Notes: generated by a model from the letters alone, not told the origin. Positions 1-10,432 are shown, counted from the first letter of the stretch. The stretch: 64,000 nucleotides of DNA from an uncultured Actinomycetota bacterium (GCA_963829525.1 CAWHIJ010000003.1:288001-352000), one strand, 5' to 3'. A program made the numbers and translations.

Positions 1-84
1 ACCTCGAGGCGGTGACGCGTTCAGCGGGGTTAGCCCCCGTCGTTGCGCCGAGTTAGGCCAGCGGGCGTTGGGGTGCTCGTCCCG

Positions 85-1788
85 TCACGGGGGGTTGCCG
101 GCGCCGCCGCCGTTGTTGGTCGTGGTATCCGAAGGCGTCGGTGTCGCGGTGTCAGTGGGTGTTGGCGGCGGGGGAGCCTTGGCGATGGTGAGGACCACGG
201 TGGTTGCCAAGCGCGCGAAGGTTCCTCCGGCTGGTGACTGGTCGATCACGCTGCCAGCGGGATCCTGGTCGGTCTCTTCATAGACCGGGGTCACGTTGAA
301 CCCGGCCGCCTTCAGGGTCGCTGTTGCCGCGGCTTCGCTGTCCCCGAGAACGTCTGGTACCTCGACTTCGCCGGTGCTGACCGACAGGACGACTGTCGAC
401 CCGACATCGACGAGGGTGCCGCCGGCGGGGTCGGTGCTGACCACGGTGCCCGCCGCCTGATCTGAGTCGACCGGTTCGGTGTCGACCAGGAGCGCCTTCC
501 CCTGCACCTCGTTGATGGCCACCTGCTGAGACAGCCCGACGACATTCGGGACCTCGACCTGCTCAGGTCCTGCCGAGACGACAAGGGTGACCGTTGACCC
601 CTCGGCTGCCTGGGTGTCCCCGGCTGGGTCCTGGGTCAGGACTGTGTTCTTCTTCTCGTCGCTGGTCTGGGTCTCGACCCGCGTCTCGAAGCCTGCGTCG
701 GTCAGGGTGGCCTCCGCCTTTGCCAACTTGTCGCCAACGACACTCGGGACTGCCACGGTCGTGGTCTCGCCACCAAGCAGAGCCCATGCTCCGATGCCCA
801 GGAGCCCAAGGACTACCAGGACGCCGATGACCAACGCGATGTAGCCACCCTTTCGGCTCTTCTCCTCGGGCTCTGGATCGGTGATGGCGGTGAGCGGTTG
901 GGTCATGGGCTCGGCCATCACCGGCGGCGCCGCAACGGTGGCGCCCTGCAGAGCCCTGTTGATGTCTGCACGCATCTCTGCTGCTGACTGGTACCGGTTG
1001 GCGGGGTTCTTTGTGAGGGCCTTCATCACGATGGCGTCCGCTTCGCCACCTATGTCAGGATTCAGCGTAGACGGCGTAAGCGGGTTCTCCCGCACGTGCT
1101 GGTAGGCGACAGCAACCGGTGACTCCCCCTGGAAGGGTGGCCGTCCGGTGAGCAGCTCGTAGAGCAGGCAGCCGGTCGAGTAGACATCCGAGCGAGCGTC
1201 TACGGTCTCGCCCCTTGCCTGCTCAGGTGAGAGGTACTGGGCCGTTCCGAGGACGTTGGCGGTCTGCGTCATGGTGGCACCGCTGTCGGCGACGGCACGA
1301 GCGATCCCGAAGTCCATCACCTTGACCTCGCCATTGGTCGCCAGCATGACGTTTGCCGGCTTGATGTCGCGGTGAATGATGCCCTGTCGGTGGCTGTACT
1401 CGAGCGCGCCAAGCACGCCAGCTGTGATTTCCATCGCTCGGTTCGGCATCAGCCGTTGGCCTTCGCGCAGCAGCTCGCGCAGGGTTTGACCTTCGACGTA
1501 CTCCATCACGATGTAGGGGACGCGCACGCCGTTGAGCTCGTCCTCGCCGGTGTCGTAGACGGCGACAACTGATGGCGCATTCAGAGATGCCGCCGATTGC
1601 GCCTCGCGACGGAACCGTGCCTGGAACGTCGCGTCACGCGCGAGGTCGGTGCGGAGCATCTTGACGGCGACCGACCGCCCGAGCCTCAGGTCGGTCGCCT
1701 TTCGAACGTCTGCCATGCCGCCGTGGCCGAGCAGCTCGCCGAGCTCGTATCGCCCACCGAGCGTGCCATTGGTCCTGTCGCCGCTCAC
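85..1788 (-). CDS. pknB: PASTA-domain Ser/Thr protein kinase
   Basis: Kinase motifs LGHGGMA, VAVKML, HRDIKPAN, DFGIAR, GTAQYLSPEQ; one TM helix, then three PASTA repeats (VPSVVG, VPNVVG, VPDVLG); canonical cluster position. Confidence 0.96.
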   Translation of the reverse strand: MSGDRTNGTLGGRYELGELLGHGGMADVRKATDLRLGRSVAVKMLRTDLARDATFQARFRREAQSAASLNAPSVVAVYDTGEDELNGVRVPYIVMEYVEGQTLRELLREGQRLMPNRAMEITAGVLGALEYSHRQGIIHRDIKPANVMLATNGEVKVMDFGIARAVADSGATMTQTANVLGTAQYLSPEQARGETVDARSDVYSTGCLLYELLTGRPPFQGESPVAVAYQHVRENPLTPSTLNPDIGGEADAIVMKALTKNPANRYQSAAEMRADINRALQGATVAAPPVMAEPMTQPLTAITDPEPEEKSRKGGYIALVIGVLVVLGLLGIGAWALLGGETTTVAVPSVVGDKLAKAEATLTDAGFETRVETQTSDEKKNTVLTQDPAGDTQAAEGSTVTLVVSAGPEQVEVPNVVGLSQQVAINEVQGKALLVDTEPVDSDQAAGTVVSTDPAGGTLVDVGSTVVLSVSTGEVEVPDVLGDSEAAATATLKAAGFNVTPVYEETDQDPAGSVIDQSPAGGTFARLATTVVLTIAKAPPPPTPTDTATPTPSDTTTNNGGGAGNPP

Positions 1789-3224
1789 TGGAGCACCGCC
1801 TCCATCACCTGTCGTGCGATGGGTCCAGCCACCGCTCCACCCGTTGCGGCGTCGCCAAGACGGCCGCCGTTCTCAACGATCACAGCCACCGCGATCTGCG
1901 GGTCTTCCGCAGGCGCGAAGGCCATGAACCAGACATGTGGCGACCGGTTGCCGTCCTGGGCGGTACCTGTCTTGCCGCCCACGCTCACTCCTGGGATCGC
2001 TGCGCTGCCCCCGGTGCCGCTCGATACCACCGTGACCATCATGTCGCGAAGCTGTCCCGCTACCTCTGACGACACGGCCCGGGACATCGGTTCCGGGTTG
2101 GTTATGTCAAGGGCCGACAGGTCAGGAGCACGCTCCTCAGCCACTAGGTACGGGGTCATCACCACTCCATCATTGGCCACTCCTGCGCCCACCATCGCCA
2201 TCTGCAAAGCCGTCGCCCTGACGTCGTACTGACCGATGGCGCTCTGGGCCGTCTGGGGAGCGTTGAGGTCTCCTGGATAGATGCTCGGAGCCACGGTGAG
2301 TGGGATGTCAATCCGGTCGTTGAAGCCAAACTTCTCGGCCTGGTCGCGCAGCGCGTCATCGCCGAGGTCGAGTCCGATCTTGGCGAAGGCGGTGTTGCAG
2401 GACAAGGCGAGGGCCTCGGTGAGCGTGACCACGCCACTGAGACAAGGTGCATCGTCAAAGTTGCTGATCGTTGCTGAGGTCTCGGGCAGCTCGAGGACGG
2501 CCGGCCCGGGGATCTCGGTGTCCGGCGTGTACTCCCCGCTACTCAGGGCAGCGGCTGAGACCACCACCTTGAAGAGCGAACCCGGAGGGTAGACCTGCTG
2601 AATGGACCGGTTGAGAAGTGGATCGCCGGGATCCTTACGCAACTTGTCGTAGTTCTCACTGACCGCTGTTGGATCGTGGGACGCCAGGAGGTTCGGGTCG
2701 AACGACGGCGATGAAGCCAAGGCAAGGATGGCTCCCGTTTGTGGGTTGAGAGCCACCACAGCCCCTTCCTGACCGTCCAATCCCTCAAAGGCAGCGCGCT
2801 GTGCATCTGCGTCCAGCGTCAACACCACGGTGCCACCCTGCGGTTGCTGACCGGAGAAGAGCGTGGTCAAGCGATCGACGAAGAGGCGGTCGTCCGAACC
2901 GGCGAGTAAGTCGTTCTCTGCCTTCTCGATACCGGTCGCGCCGTAGACGGAGTAGTAGCCGGTGGCTGGGGCGTAGGTCTCGCCGTCGCTGTAGACGCGC
3001 AGATAGCGGAGTCGCTCGTCGGTGGGAACTGACTTAGCCACTTCCTTGCGGCCGACGAGGATTGAACCCCGCTGTTGGTCGTACTCGTCGATGATCTGAC
3101 GACGATTGCCATCCCGGGCCCTCAGCTCGTCGTTCTGGATGACAGCCAAGACATTGGCGTTGATCATCAGGGCAAGGATGAGTAGGCCGAGCGCAACTGT
3201 GGTCCGACGAATGGTGGCATTCAT
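1785..3224 (-). CDS. pbpA: Class B penicillin-binding protein
   Basis: SxxK (GSLFK), SxN (SCN) and KTG motifs; N-terminal TM. Start placed at MNATIRR (3224), overlapping the rodA stop. Confidence 0.93.
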   Translation of the reverse strand: MNATIRRTTVALGLLILALMINANVLAVIQNDELRARDGNRRQIIDEYDQQRGSILVGRKEVAKSVPTDERLRYLRVYSDGETYAPATGYYSVYGATGIEKAENDLLAGSDDRLFVDRLTTLFSGQQPQGGTVVLTLDADAQRAAFEGLDGQEGAVVALNPQTGAILALASSPSFDPNLLASHDPTAVSENYDKLRKDPGDPLLNRSIQQVYPPGSLFKVVVSAAALSSGEYTPDTEIPGPAVLELPETSATISNFDDAPCLSGVVTLTEALALSCNTAFAKIGLDLGDDALRDQAEKFGFNDRIDIPLTVAPSIYPGDLNAPQTAQSAIGQYDVRATALQMAMVGAGVANDGVVMTPYLVAEERAPDLSALDITNPEPMSRAVSSEVAGQLRDMMVTVVSSGTGGSAAIPGVSVGGKTGTAQDGNRSPHVWFMAFAPAEDPQIAVAVIVENGGRLGDAATGGAVAGPIARQVMEAVLQ

Positions 3225-4600
3225 GCGGCCACCTCCCGGCGCGGCGCGTCCGGTGGACGGCGAGCGGCATCGCTGACCCGCAGGAGGAGCGCAACCAAGG
3301 CCCAGTTGGCAATGAGAGATGAACCACCGTAGGAGAGGAACGGGGTCGTCAAGCCGGTCAGCGGGATCAACTTCATGACGCCGCCAATGACGACGAAGAC
3401 TTGGATGCCAACCGCAGTTGAAAGTCCCGCGGCAAGCAGTTTGCCGAACGCGTCGCGGCAAGCCACTGCGGTACGCATGCCCCGCTCGATGATGATTGCG
3501 TAAAGCACCAAAAGAGCCATGACGCCGGTGAGACCTAGCTCTTCACCGAAGGCTGACATGATGAAGTCGGTCTTCGCGAACGGTACGAAGTCAGGGTGAC
3601 CCTGACCCAGTCCGACACCAAGAACGCCGCCGCTTGCGAAGCCGTAGAGGCTCTGCGCGATCTGAAATCCGTCACCTGACTCGTCAGCGAACGGGTGAAG
3701 CCAGATGTCGACTCGCAGTTGGACATGGTCGAAGAGCCAGTACGCGACGAAGGCGCCAGCCGCGAACAGCAAGGCCCCGATGAAGATCCACGAGCGACGC
3801 TCAGTGGCGATGTAGAGCATGGCGACGAAGAGCCCGAAGAAGAGCAGTGATGTTCCAAGGTCACGCTGGAGTACAAGCACGCCCAAGGAGGCGGCCCATG
3901 CCACCAGGATGGGCCCAAGGTCACGGCCGCGTGGCAAGTCGATCCCCATGACGCGGCTACGGGCCAGTGCGAGCACATCGCGCTTGACCACGAGGTAGCC
4001 GGCAAAGAACACGATGAGAACAATCTTGGCAACCTCAGCTGGCTGGAAGCTGAAAGTGCGTCCGCCAAGACTCAGCTGGATCCAGATCCGGGCGCCGTTG
4101 ATCTCGGTTCCGATGAAGGGAAGCAACGGGAGCACCAGGAGCGCCAGACCCAGGAGCATTGCTGTGTACGTGTAGCGCTGAAGCACCCGATGGTCGCGCA
4201 CGAGGAGCAGCACCGCGACGAAGAGCCCGATGCCAAGGACAAACCACCCGATCTGGGCGACATACTCAGGGTCGGTCGGCGTGAGGTCTTCGGCCAGGTC
4301 GAGTCGGTGAATCATCGCCAGGCCCAACCCGTTCAGCAACGAGACGGTCGGGAGCAGGACCGGGTCCGCATAGGGGGCCAACCACCTCAAGCTCACGTGA
4401 GCGACGACCAGCCCGAGGCCAAAGACGACAGCGAAAGCGGTGAAGTCGTTGCTCAGCGCGTCAAGGAGCACAAGGTCGACCTGAGCGAAGGCGGCCAGCG
4501 CGATTGCATAGGCAAAGACCAAGAGGACCAGCTCAGTCCCACGGCGCTGTTTGGGAGTCCGGGTGCTCACTCCGGCCGGGCTTGCGGTAGCGGTACTCAT
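3221..4600 (-). CDS. rodA: SEDS family (RodA/FtsW) peptidoglycan polymerase
   Basis: Polytopic; GARIWI, FQPAEVAK, RDLGT, TDFI, IPLTGLTTPFLSYGGSS motifs. Confidence 0.95.
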   Translation of the reverse strand: MSTATASPAGVSTRTPKQRRGTELVLLVFAYAIALAAFAQVDLVLLDALSNDFTAFAVVFGLGLVVAHVSLRWLAPYADPVLLPTVSLLNGLGLAMIHRLDLAEDLTPTDPEYVAQIGWFVLGIGLFVAVLLLVRDHRVLQRYTYTAMLLGLALLVLPLLPFIGTEINGARIWIQLSLGGRTFSFQPAEVAKIVLIVFFAGYLVVKRDVLALARSRVMGIDLPRGRDLGPILVAWAASLGVLVLQRDLGTSLLFFGLFVAMLYIATERRSWIFIGALLFAAGAFVAYWLFDHVQLRVDIWLHPFADESGDGFQIAQSLYGFASGGVLGVGLGQGHPDFVPFAKTDFIMSAFGEELGLTGVMALLVLYAIIIERGMRTAVACRDAFGKLLAAGLSTAVGIQVFVVIGGVMKLIPLTGLTTPFLSYGGSSLIANWALVALLLRVSDAARRPPDAPRREVAA

Positions 4601-5841
4601 GGTGTGACCGGACAGCCGGCTGGCGGGTTCTTGTCCGCGCAGCGCTGAGCCTCGTCGTCGAGCCGCTGCACGATGTCGCGGGCATCTTCAACGTTCTGAG
4701 CCACGATGGCGTTGGTGACCTGTTCCTGCTCGAACTCGGGCAGTTCGTCGACGCCGACGGTCGAAGTCTCGACCAGGCGGGAAAGGTCGACCCCGAAAAG
4801 GGGGTCGGTGGGGCCGCGGAACACCGCGACAACCTCGCCGGTGGTTCCGGGAGTGGTTGCCACGAAGTACTGTCCCTGCGACCAGGTGTACCAGCCGACC
4901 ACCGAACCGACCACAAGCCCCAGCAGCAGCATGCCAACTGCAGTAGTCACCAAGAGGCGGCGGCGAGAGCGCCTGCTTGCGGGAGCCTCATCCTCATCGT
5001 CGGACCGGGCAAGCCTGGCCGCTCGTCCAGCCGGAGTATCAGGGAGATGCAAACGACGGGAGTTGCGCTGCACACCTACCGCCCCGACTACCAGTGCATC
5101 CCCAGTATCGGGTGCTGTGTCGGCATCGACGACATCACCTACGACACAAGTGATGTTGTCTGGACCTCCGGCCCGCAGCGCGAGATCAACGAGCTCATCT
5201 ACGGCATTCTGAGGCTCGTCGTTGGCGAGCAGGCTGGCTGCGATGGTGTCCGTCGAGACGACGCCTGAGAGTCCGTCGCTGCAGAGAAGAATTCGGTCGC
5301 CGGGCCTGATCTCGCGGATCGACAGGTCGGCCTCGGTGGGGTGGGTTCCGTCGAGCACCCGGGTGAGGACGTTGCGCTGCGGGTGCGTCGCGGCATCGTG
5401 TGCTGACAGCCGACCGGCATCCACCAGCGACTGCACCAGCGTGTGGTCTCTGGTGATCCGTTCGAGCGATCCGCCGCGCATCAGGTAGCCGCGTGAGTCG
5501 CCGACGTGCACCAACCCCAGGCGACCCTCCGCTCGTACTACGGCGGTGAGAGTGGTGCCCATGCCCCGAAGGCGTGGCTCTGCGTCAACCAACCCACCGA
5601 GCTGGTCTTCGATCCGCCGGATCGCATCGGCGAACACCTCGAGCAGGTCACCGCTTGGCTCGTCTTCATCGAGCGAGGCGAGTGCCGCCACCGCGACGGA
5701 GCTGGCGACCTCGCCAGCAGCCGCTCCTCCCATGCCGTCGGCAACGACGAGCAGATGTGGGCTGGCGTAGCCACTGTCCTCGTTGCCTTCGCGAAGGAGC
5801 CCTACGTCAGAACGGGCTGCGTATCGCAGGGTCAGCCCCAC
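4597..5841 (-). CDS. pstP: PP2C-family Ser/Thr phosphatase with TM segment
   Basis: RxxNED, VADGMGG, HVGDSR, CSDGL, GGPDNIT motifs. Confidence 0.95.
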   Translation of the reverse strand: MGLTLRYAARSDVGLLREGNEDSGYASPHLLVVADGMGGAAAGEVASSVAVAALASLDEDEPSGDLLEVFADAIRRIEDQLGGLVDAEPRLRGMGTTLTAVVRAEGRLGLVHVGDSRGYLMRGGSLERITRDHTLVQSLVDAGRLSAHDAATHPQRNVLTRVLDGTHPTEADLSIREIRPGDRILLCSDGLSGVVSTDTIAASLLANDEPQNAVDELVDLALRAGGPDNITCVVGDVVDADTAPDTGDALVVGAVGVQRNSRRLHLPDTPAGRAARLARSDDEDEAPASRRSRRRLLVTTAVGMLLLGLVVGSVVGWYTWSQGQYFVATTPGTTGEVVAVFRGPTDPLFGVDLSRLVETSTVGVDELPEFEQEQVTNAIVAQNVEDARDIVQRLDDEAQRCADKNPPAGCPVTP

Positions 5842-5857
5842 GGCGCATCCTGCCCGC

Positions 5858-6343
5858 TCACTTGCGGAGCTCCATGACGGTCTTGCCGATCCGGATCGGC
5901 GTTCCGATCGGCACAGTCATGGCTCCGGTTACCCGGGTCCTCTGAACGTAAGTCCCATTTGTCGAGCCGAGATCCTCGATGATCCAGCCAGACTGATGTG
6001 GTGAGATGCGAGCATGGTGGTTCGACGCGTAGTCATCATCGATGACCACGGTGCAGTCAGCAGATCGGCCGATCGTGATCGGAGCCGCGCCCAAGGTGAC
6101 GGAGGTACCCGCCAGCGAGCCCTCGAGGACGATGAGCGCGCGCGCATTTCCCTTGCGTCCACTCTTCGGTTTGGTCGGCTTGCTTGGGGTAGGGGCCGTG
6201 CGACCAGCAGACTTGGGTGCTCGACTGCGCGTGACACGAGGTCCGAAGAGGTCTGAGCGCATCACACCAGCCACCGTGAGGACAAACGTCCAAAGGAGCA
6301 CCAGGAAGCCGAGCCGCAGGACGGTGAGCGTGAGTTCGGACAT
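5858..6343 (-). CDS. fhaB: Membrane-anchored FHA domain protein
   Basis: N-terminal TM; FHA motifs IGR, SNHHA, DLGSTNGT. Confidence 0.92.
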   Translation of the reverse strand: MSELTLTVLRLGFLVLLWTFVLTVAGVMRSDLFGPRVTRSRAPKSAGRTAPTPSKPTKPKSGRKGNARALIVLEGSLAGTSVTLGAAPITIGRSADCTVVIDDDYASNHHARISPHQSGWIIEDLGSTNGTYVQRTRVTGAMTVPIGTPIRIGKTVMELRK

Positions 6344-7017
6344 CACCCTCCCTTGGTACGGAAGACGATGCGGGTGCTGCCCAGCGTGATGATCGATCCG
6401 TCACCTAAGTCGGACTGCTCGGCGCGAACGTCATCGACGAGGGTCCCATTGGTCGAACCGAGGTCGACGATGCTCGGAGTTGGTCGAAGGCGGAGCATCG
6501 CGTGGCGTCGGGACGCCCCGGGGTCGGTAATGCGGACATCAGCCTCGCTTCCACGTCCGATGATGTTGACGTCTTGAGTCAGTGGTACCTGCTGACCTGC
6601 GACGTCGAGCCACGCACGAGGCAGTTGCTGATCAACGGGTATCTCTCCAGGTGAGGCCTCACCCAGAACGCGGAAGAGGCCTGTCTCGAGATCGTCGTCC
6701 CGTTTGATGTCAACGGTAAGCGGACCGACGAAGGCGTACCCCTGCTCGCCAGCATGTTCGCGCACCACGTCGGCCAGCTCGCGCGAGAGGGCATCGCGAT
6801 AGACGGTGAGGCGTTCGAAGTCAGTCGGCGCGAGGTCGACGGTGAAGGAGTTGGGAACGATGGTGCGATCACGGGCAACGATGGCCGCCCGGTCATCGCA
6901 CTCTCGTTGCAGGGCGCTGGCAATCTCGACCGGCTGAACCTCTGACTTGAAGGCCCGGGCAAAGGCGCCGTTGACCAGACGATCGAGGCGTCGCTCGAAG
7001 CGGTCGAGGATGCCCAC
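6343..7017 (-). CDS. fhaA: DUF3662 + FHA domain protein
   Basis: GILDRFERRL...EVQPVEIA N-terminus and C-terminal FHA (IGRG, SRRHA, DLGSTNGT); GTG start preceded by GGAGG. Confidence 0.92.
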   Translation of the reverse strand: MGILDRFERRLDRLVNGAFARAFKSEVQPVEIASALQRECDDRAAIVARDRTIVPNSFTVDLAPTDFERLTVYRDALSRELADVVREHAGEQGYAFVGPLTVDIKRDDDLETGLFRVLGEASPGEIPVDQQLPRAWLDVAGQQVPLTQDVNIIGRGSEADVRITDPGASRRHAMLRLRPTPSIVDLGSTNGTLVDDVRAEQSDLGDGSIITLGSTRIVFRTKGG

Positions 7018-7187
7018 CGCACCTCCAAGCATCGTGGCCGCCAGATGACACTGGCCGATCGTCCTGCGGGGACTCGCAGGCGGCTCACTGATCGTATCGG
7101 CGCGGGTCGAGGCTCACCGTCAGGTGCCGGTGGTGATTCTGGGGCCGAGCGTGCCGGTGATAGCCTTTCGGGGCCCTCATTGGGCAT

Positions 7188-7274
7188 GCGCGAGTGGCGG
7201 AATTGGCAGACGCGCACGGTTCAGGTCCGTGTGTCCGAAAGGGCTTGGGGGTTCAAGTCCCCCCTCGCGCACCA
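7188..7274 (+). tRNA. tRNA-Leu (anticodon CAG)
   Basis: Acceptor stem GCGCGAG/CTCGCGC plus ACCA; anticodon arm CACGG-TTCAGGT-CCGTG; long variable arm; T-loop GTTCAAGTC. Confidence 0.96.
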
Positions 7275-7281
7275 CAACGAT

Positions 7282-7311
7282 GGGCCCTCAACCTCAACGT
7301 GGTTGGGGCCC
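7282..7311. terminator. Hairpin between tRNA-Leu and the convergent gene
   Basis: GGGCCCTCAACC...GGTTGGGGCCC inverted repeat with one bulge. Confidence 0.6.
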
Positions 7312-7324
7312 TGATTCTTGGTTC

Positions 7325-8383
7325 TCAGGCCTTCTCGGAGGACTTTGCGTTGCGCTGAATCAGTCCGACGAGCGTGGTGATGGCAGCGTCGCGCTCGTCC
7401 TGGGCTGCTGGTTGGTCTGGATCTTCGTACGGGGTCGCCGTGGGTGCTGGCGCTGGCCGCATCTCGTCAAGGTCTCCCACGAGGTCGTATCCAAGAGTGC
7501 TCAGTTCGTCGGCGACTCGCACCGATTCTGCCGCCGCCCACTGTGATTGTTCAGTAGTGAGATGGATCGGCCTGCGCGCTCCGGGGAACTGGAGAACGCC
7601 GTTAGCCACCGGTGTCTTGACGAAGCGGATGTAGTCACCGGCGCTCATCGGATCGTGGCCCGACATGAGCTCCTGATTGATACGACGCAACACGTTGGTC
7701 TCAACGTTGCCGAGAGAGACGTTTGGTCGCACGGCTGTCGGGTCAACCTGTGCAGGATCGATGCCGAGGACGGCGGCGAAGCGTTGCCACAGCAAGTCGG
7801 ACGGCGCCCCCCGCTGTGGCACTGTCACAACGTGGACGTGGTTCTGTGAAACGGCCTGACTCCACTTGGCGAGAATTTGCCTTGCATCCTGCGCCCGCCA
7901 AAGACGCCGTTCCTTGTCTTCGTCGCCCTGGGAGTCAGGGGTGGAAACGAGGTTCACGTAGTCGGCAAACCCCAGCGTAGAGCCGTTCTTCACCGCCTCT
8001 TGCCATGCGGCGGGAAGCTGCCGCAGCAGGTCACGCACGGTGAAGATAATGTGCAGCTCTCGGCCCGCGAAGTCCGCTGTCAGGTGCGCCAGGTGGCGAT
8101 CAGTCAATCTCGCGCCGAACGTCTCATTGGAAATCACCGCCGGCCCCTCCCATCCACGCACCTCGGCGACGAGATCACCCCACGGACCCTGATCTGATTT
8201 CCACCGGGAGCTACCACCGTGTTGGACGAAGTCGCGTGCGGCCTGCTTCTGCCTTCCCTTAGGTCCAGGAACAAGCATGCCAATGTTGCGCAGCTGCATG
8301 CGTTGCTCGCGCATCAGGGACTGCAGGTAGGTGGTCCCCGTCTTGGGAGCTCCGATGTGCAGGAACAGCGGCGGCATGGTCAT
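7325..8383 (-). CDS. Sulfotransferase-fold (P-loop) protein
   Basis: N-terminal LFLHIGAPKTGTTYLQ PAPS-loop-like motif; ISNE and VRDLLRQLPAAWQE segments typical of the family. Confidence 0.75.
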   Translation of the reverse strand: MTMPPLFLHIGAPKTGTTYLQSLMREQRMQLRNIGMLVPGPKGRQKQAARDFVQHGGSSRWKSDQGPWGDLVAEVRGWEGPAVISNETFGARLTDRHLAHLTADFAGRELHIIFTVRDLLRQLPAAWQEAVKNGSTLGFADYVNLVSTPDSQGDEDKERRLWRAQDARQILAKWSQAVSQNHVHVVTVPQRGAPSDLLWQRFAAVLGIDPAQVDPTAVRPNVSLGNVETNVLRRINQELMSGHDPMSAGDYIRFVKTPVANGVLQFPGARRPIHLTTEQSQWAAAESVRVADELSTLGYDLVGDLDEMRPAPAPTATPYEDPDQPAAQDERDAAITTLVGLIQRNAKSSEKA

Positions 8384-8506
8384 TTTTGGGTCGGTACCCC
8401 TTTCTGGTTTGGAACCCTAGCAACCCTGCAGCGAGACCGATCGCATCCCATAATCACGCAGAATGTGCCGCCATGATCGTCTGCTCTCGTCCGATACCAT
8501 CGGGCC

Positions 8507-10405
8507 ATGGGCTTGAAGGGGCGTGCTGCGCGCAGCGAAACAGATCAGACGACGACAGGATCACCGCAAACCGCGGAGCCCGTTGGCCACGTATTCGTCG
8601 TGACGTATGGACGTTCGGGATCCACACTCCTCCAGGGCCTTCTCAACACGTTGCCAGGCACACTGGTCAGAGGTGAAAGCGACTTCTTCATCCACGGCCT
8701 CTACAAGGGGCACCTGGCCCTAGCCGAGACGCAGAAGCGCTGGTCACGAGCAGCCGAGATGAAGGGCCCTGCGTCCGCTTTCTACGGAGCGGATGTCATA
8801 GACCTCCCGTCCTTCGAGGAGGACCTTCGCCGGTCGGTGAATCGGCAACTCATCGGGCCGACGGACCCCCAAGATGTCCGCTGGCTCGGCTTCAAAGAGG
8901 TGTTGTGGCACCAGGTCACGTCAGAGCAGACCGCGACCTTTCTGGAGTTCATGGATGTCCTCTTCCCGAATGCCCGGTACATCCTTCACCGCCGTGACCA
9001 CGAAAAGGTGCTGGCATCGGGCTTTTGGAAGAAGTGGGACGAGGAGCAGGCTCGCGCGGCAGTGATTCGCGTTGAGGAGTTCCAGGATGCGCTTGCGCAA
9101 GGACGTGCTGATCGAGTCTGTTGGACTTCTTATGAAGAGCTGACGTCCGACGATGAAGAGGAGTCGCGGCTCGTGCTGCAGCGACTCACCCAGTGCCTGG
9201 GGTTCGAACTCACTCCCAAGTTGCTGGGACAGCTCAGAAAGACCCTCACGATCGGACACGGCCCCAACCCGTCGACTGGCATCAAGCCAGCAACGGCCCG
9301 GCCGGGAGGCAAGAAGCGTCAAGCGGGAGCCGGCGCAGTGCTCAAGATCGGGAAGTCCGAGCCGGCGGGGACGCCGCCAGCTACCACCCCGGAGGCCAAG
9401 CCCGCGCAGAAGATCGAACGCAAGTTGGCAGGAAACTGGACGAGGAACAAGCGTGCGCTGAACCTGCGGCAGCGCGCTGCCCAGCACATCCCGAATAGAG
9501 GAGTGATCCGCCGTCCACCTGCACACGACGGTCCACCGCGTGTCGCTGTGATGACGATGGTGCACGACGAGGAGCGCATGTTGCCTCGCTGGATCGAGTA
9601 CTACGGCAAGCAGGTGGGCGTTGACAACCTGCTTGTACTCGATGACAACAGCAGCGACAACTCGACCGAAGGCCTTCCGTGTTCGGTCATCAAACTGCCA
9701 GAACACCCGTGGAAGCAATCATGGGGCATCGCCCGGGTGGGCCTCGGCAATCGAATTGCCGAGGGGTTCTTGACGTTTTACGACGTCGTCATCTTTACCG
9801 ACGTCGACGAGTTTCTCGTGCCAGACCCCGAGAAGTACTCCGGCCTGGTGGACTATCTGGCGGCCAACCCCGACCCCGATGTCATCGCACCCCTTGGCAT
9901 CAACGTGCTGCACAACCCCGCTGTTGAGCCAGAGCTCAACGATAACGAACCGACCCTGCGGCAGCGTACATTCGTCAAGTTCGCGCCGGGGATGTGCAAG
10001 CCGCTGATCAAGCGCGCCAGTGTGAACTGGTCGACAGCGTTCCACGGAGTCACCGTTCCGTTCACCATCGATCCCGACCTGCTGCTGATCCACCTGAAGT
10101 ACTACGACCTGCCGAGCCTGGCTGAGGTTGCGACTCATCGCCACCAGGTGCACCTCGCAGAGGAGCGCGGTAACAAGTTGAGTGCTTGGGCTTTAGATGC
10201 CGACGAGCTGAGCAACCGAATGCTGCGGTGGGTGTCCGTCCCGGAAGGTCAGCAGGTCGCCGACCTTGATCCGGCGACTGTCGATTTCAGTGAGGTCGTT
10301 CGGTTGAGCAAGAAGGGCATTTACCGAGCCTTCGGACCACATCTGGAGGAGATGGACAAGAATCCCCTCCTGCGGCTACCGGATCGTTACCGCTCCGCGT
10401 TCTAG
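8507..10405 (+). CDS. Sulfotransferase + GT-A (family 2-like) glycosyltransferase fusion
   Basis: N-domain VFVVTYGRSGSTLLQGLLN and WLGFKE; K/P/A-rich linker; C-domain TMVHDEERMLPRWIEYY, LDDNSSD, FTDVDEF. Confidence 0.75.
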   Translation: MGLKGRAARSETDQTTTGSPQTAEPVGHVFVVTYGRSGSTLLQGLLNTLPGTLVRGESDFFIHGLYKGHLALAETQKRWSRAAEMKGPASAFYGADVIDLPSFEEDLRRSVNRQLIGPTDPQDVRWLGFKEVLWHQVTSEQTATFLEFMDVLFPNARYILHRRDHEKVLASGFWKKWDEEQARAAVIRVEEFQDALAQGRADRVCWTSYEELTSDDEEESRLVLQRLTQCLGFELTPKLLGQLRKTLTIGHGPNPSTGIKPATARPGGKKRQAGAGAVLKIGKSEPAGTPPATTPEAKPAQKIERKLAGNWTRNKRALNLRQRAAQHIPNRGVIRRPPAHDGPPRVAVMTMVHDEERMLPRWIEYYGKQVGVDNLLVLDDNSSDNSTEGLPCSVIKLPEHPWKQSWGIARVGLGNRIAEGFLTFYDVVIFTDVDEFLVPDPEKYSGLVDYLAANPDPDVIAPLGINVLHNPAVEPELNDNEPTLRQRTFVKFAPGMCKPLIKRASVNWSTAFHGVTVPFTIDPDLLLIHLKYYDLPSLAEVATHRHQVHLAEERGNKLSAWALDADELSNRMLRWVSVPEGQQVADLDPATVDFSEVVRLSKKGIYRAFGPHLEEMDKNPLLRLPDRYRSAF

Positions 10406-10430
10406 CCCAGGAAGCCCAGGAAGCCCAGGA
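10405..10430 (+). repeat. 9-bp tandem repeat GCCCAGGAA, about 3 copies
   Basis: gcccaggaa gcccaggaa gcccagga directly at the stop codon. Confidence 0.8.
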
Positions 10431-10432
10431 CG

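Noticed and set aside
85-3224. Absence of pknA between pbpA and pknB
   Set aside because: A single-kinase version of this cluster is common outside mycobacteria and corynebacteria.
6758-6768. TCGCGCACCAC matching the tRNA 3' end (possible att site)
   Set aside because: Only 11 bp, inside fhaA coding sequence and on the wrong side of the tRNA; chance match.
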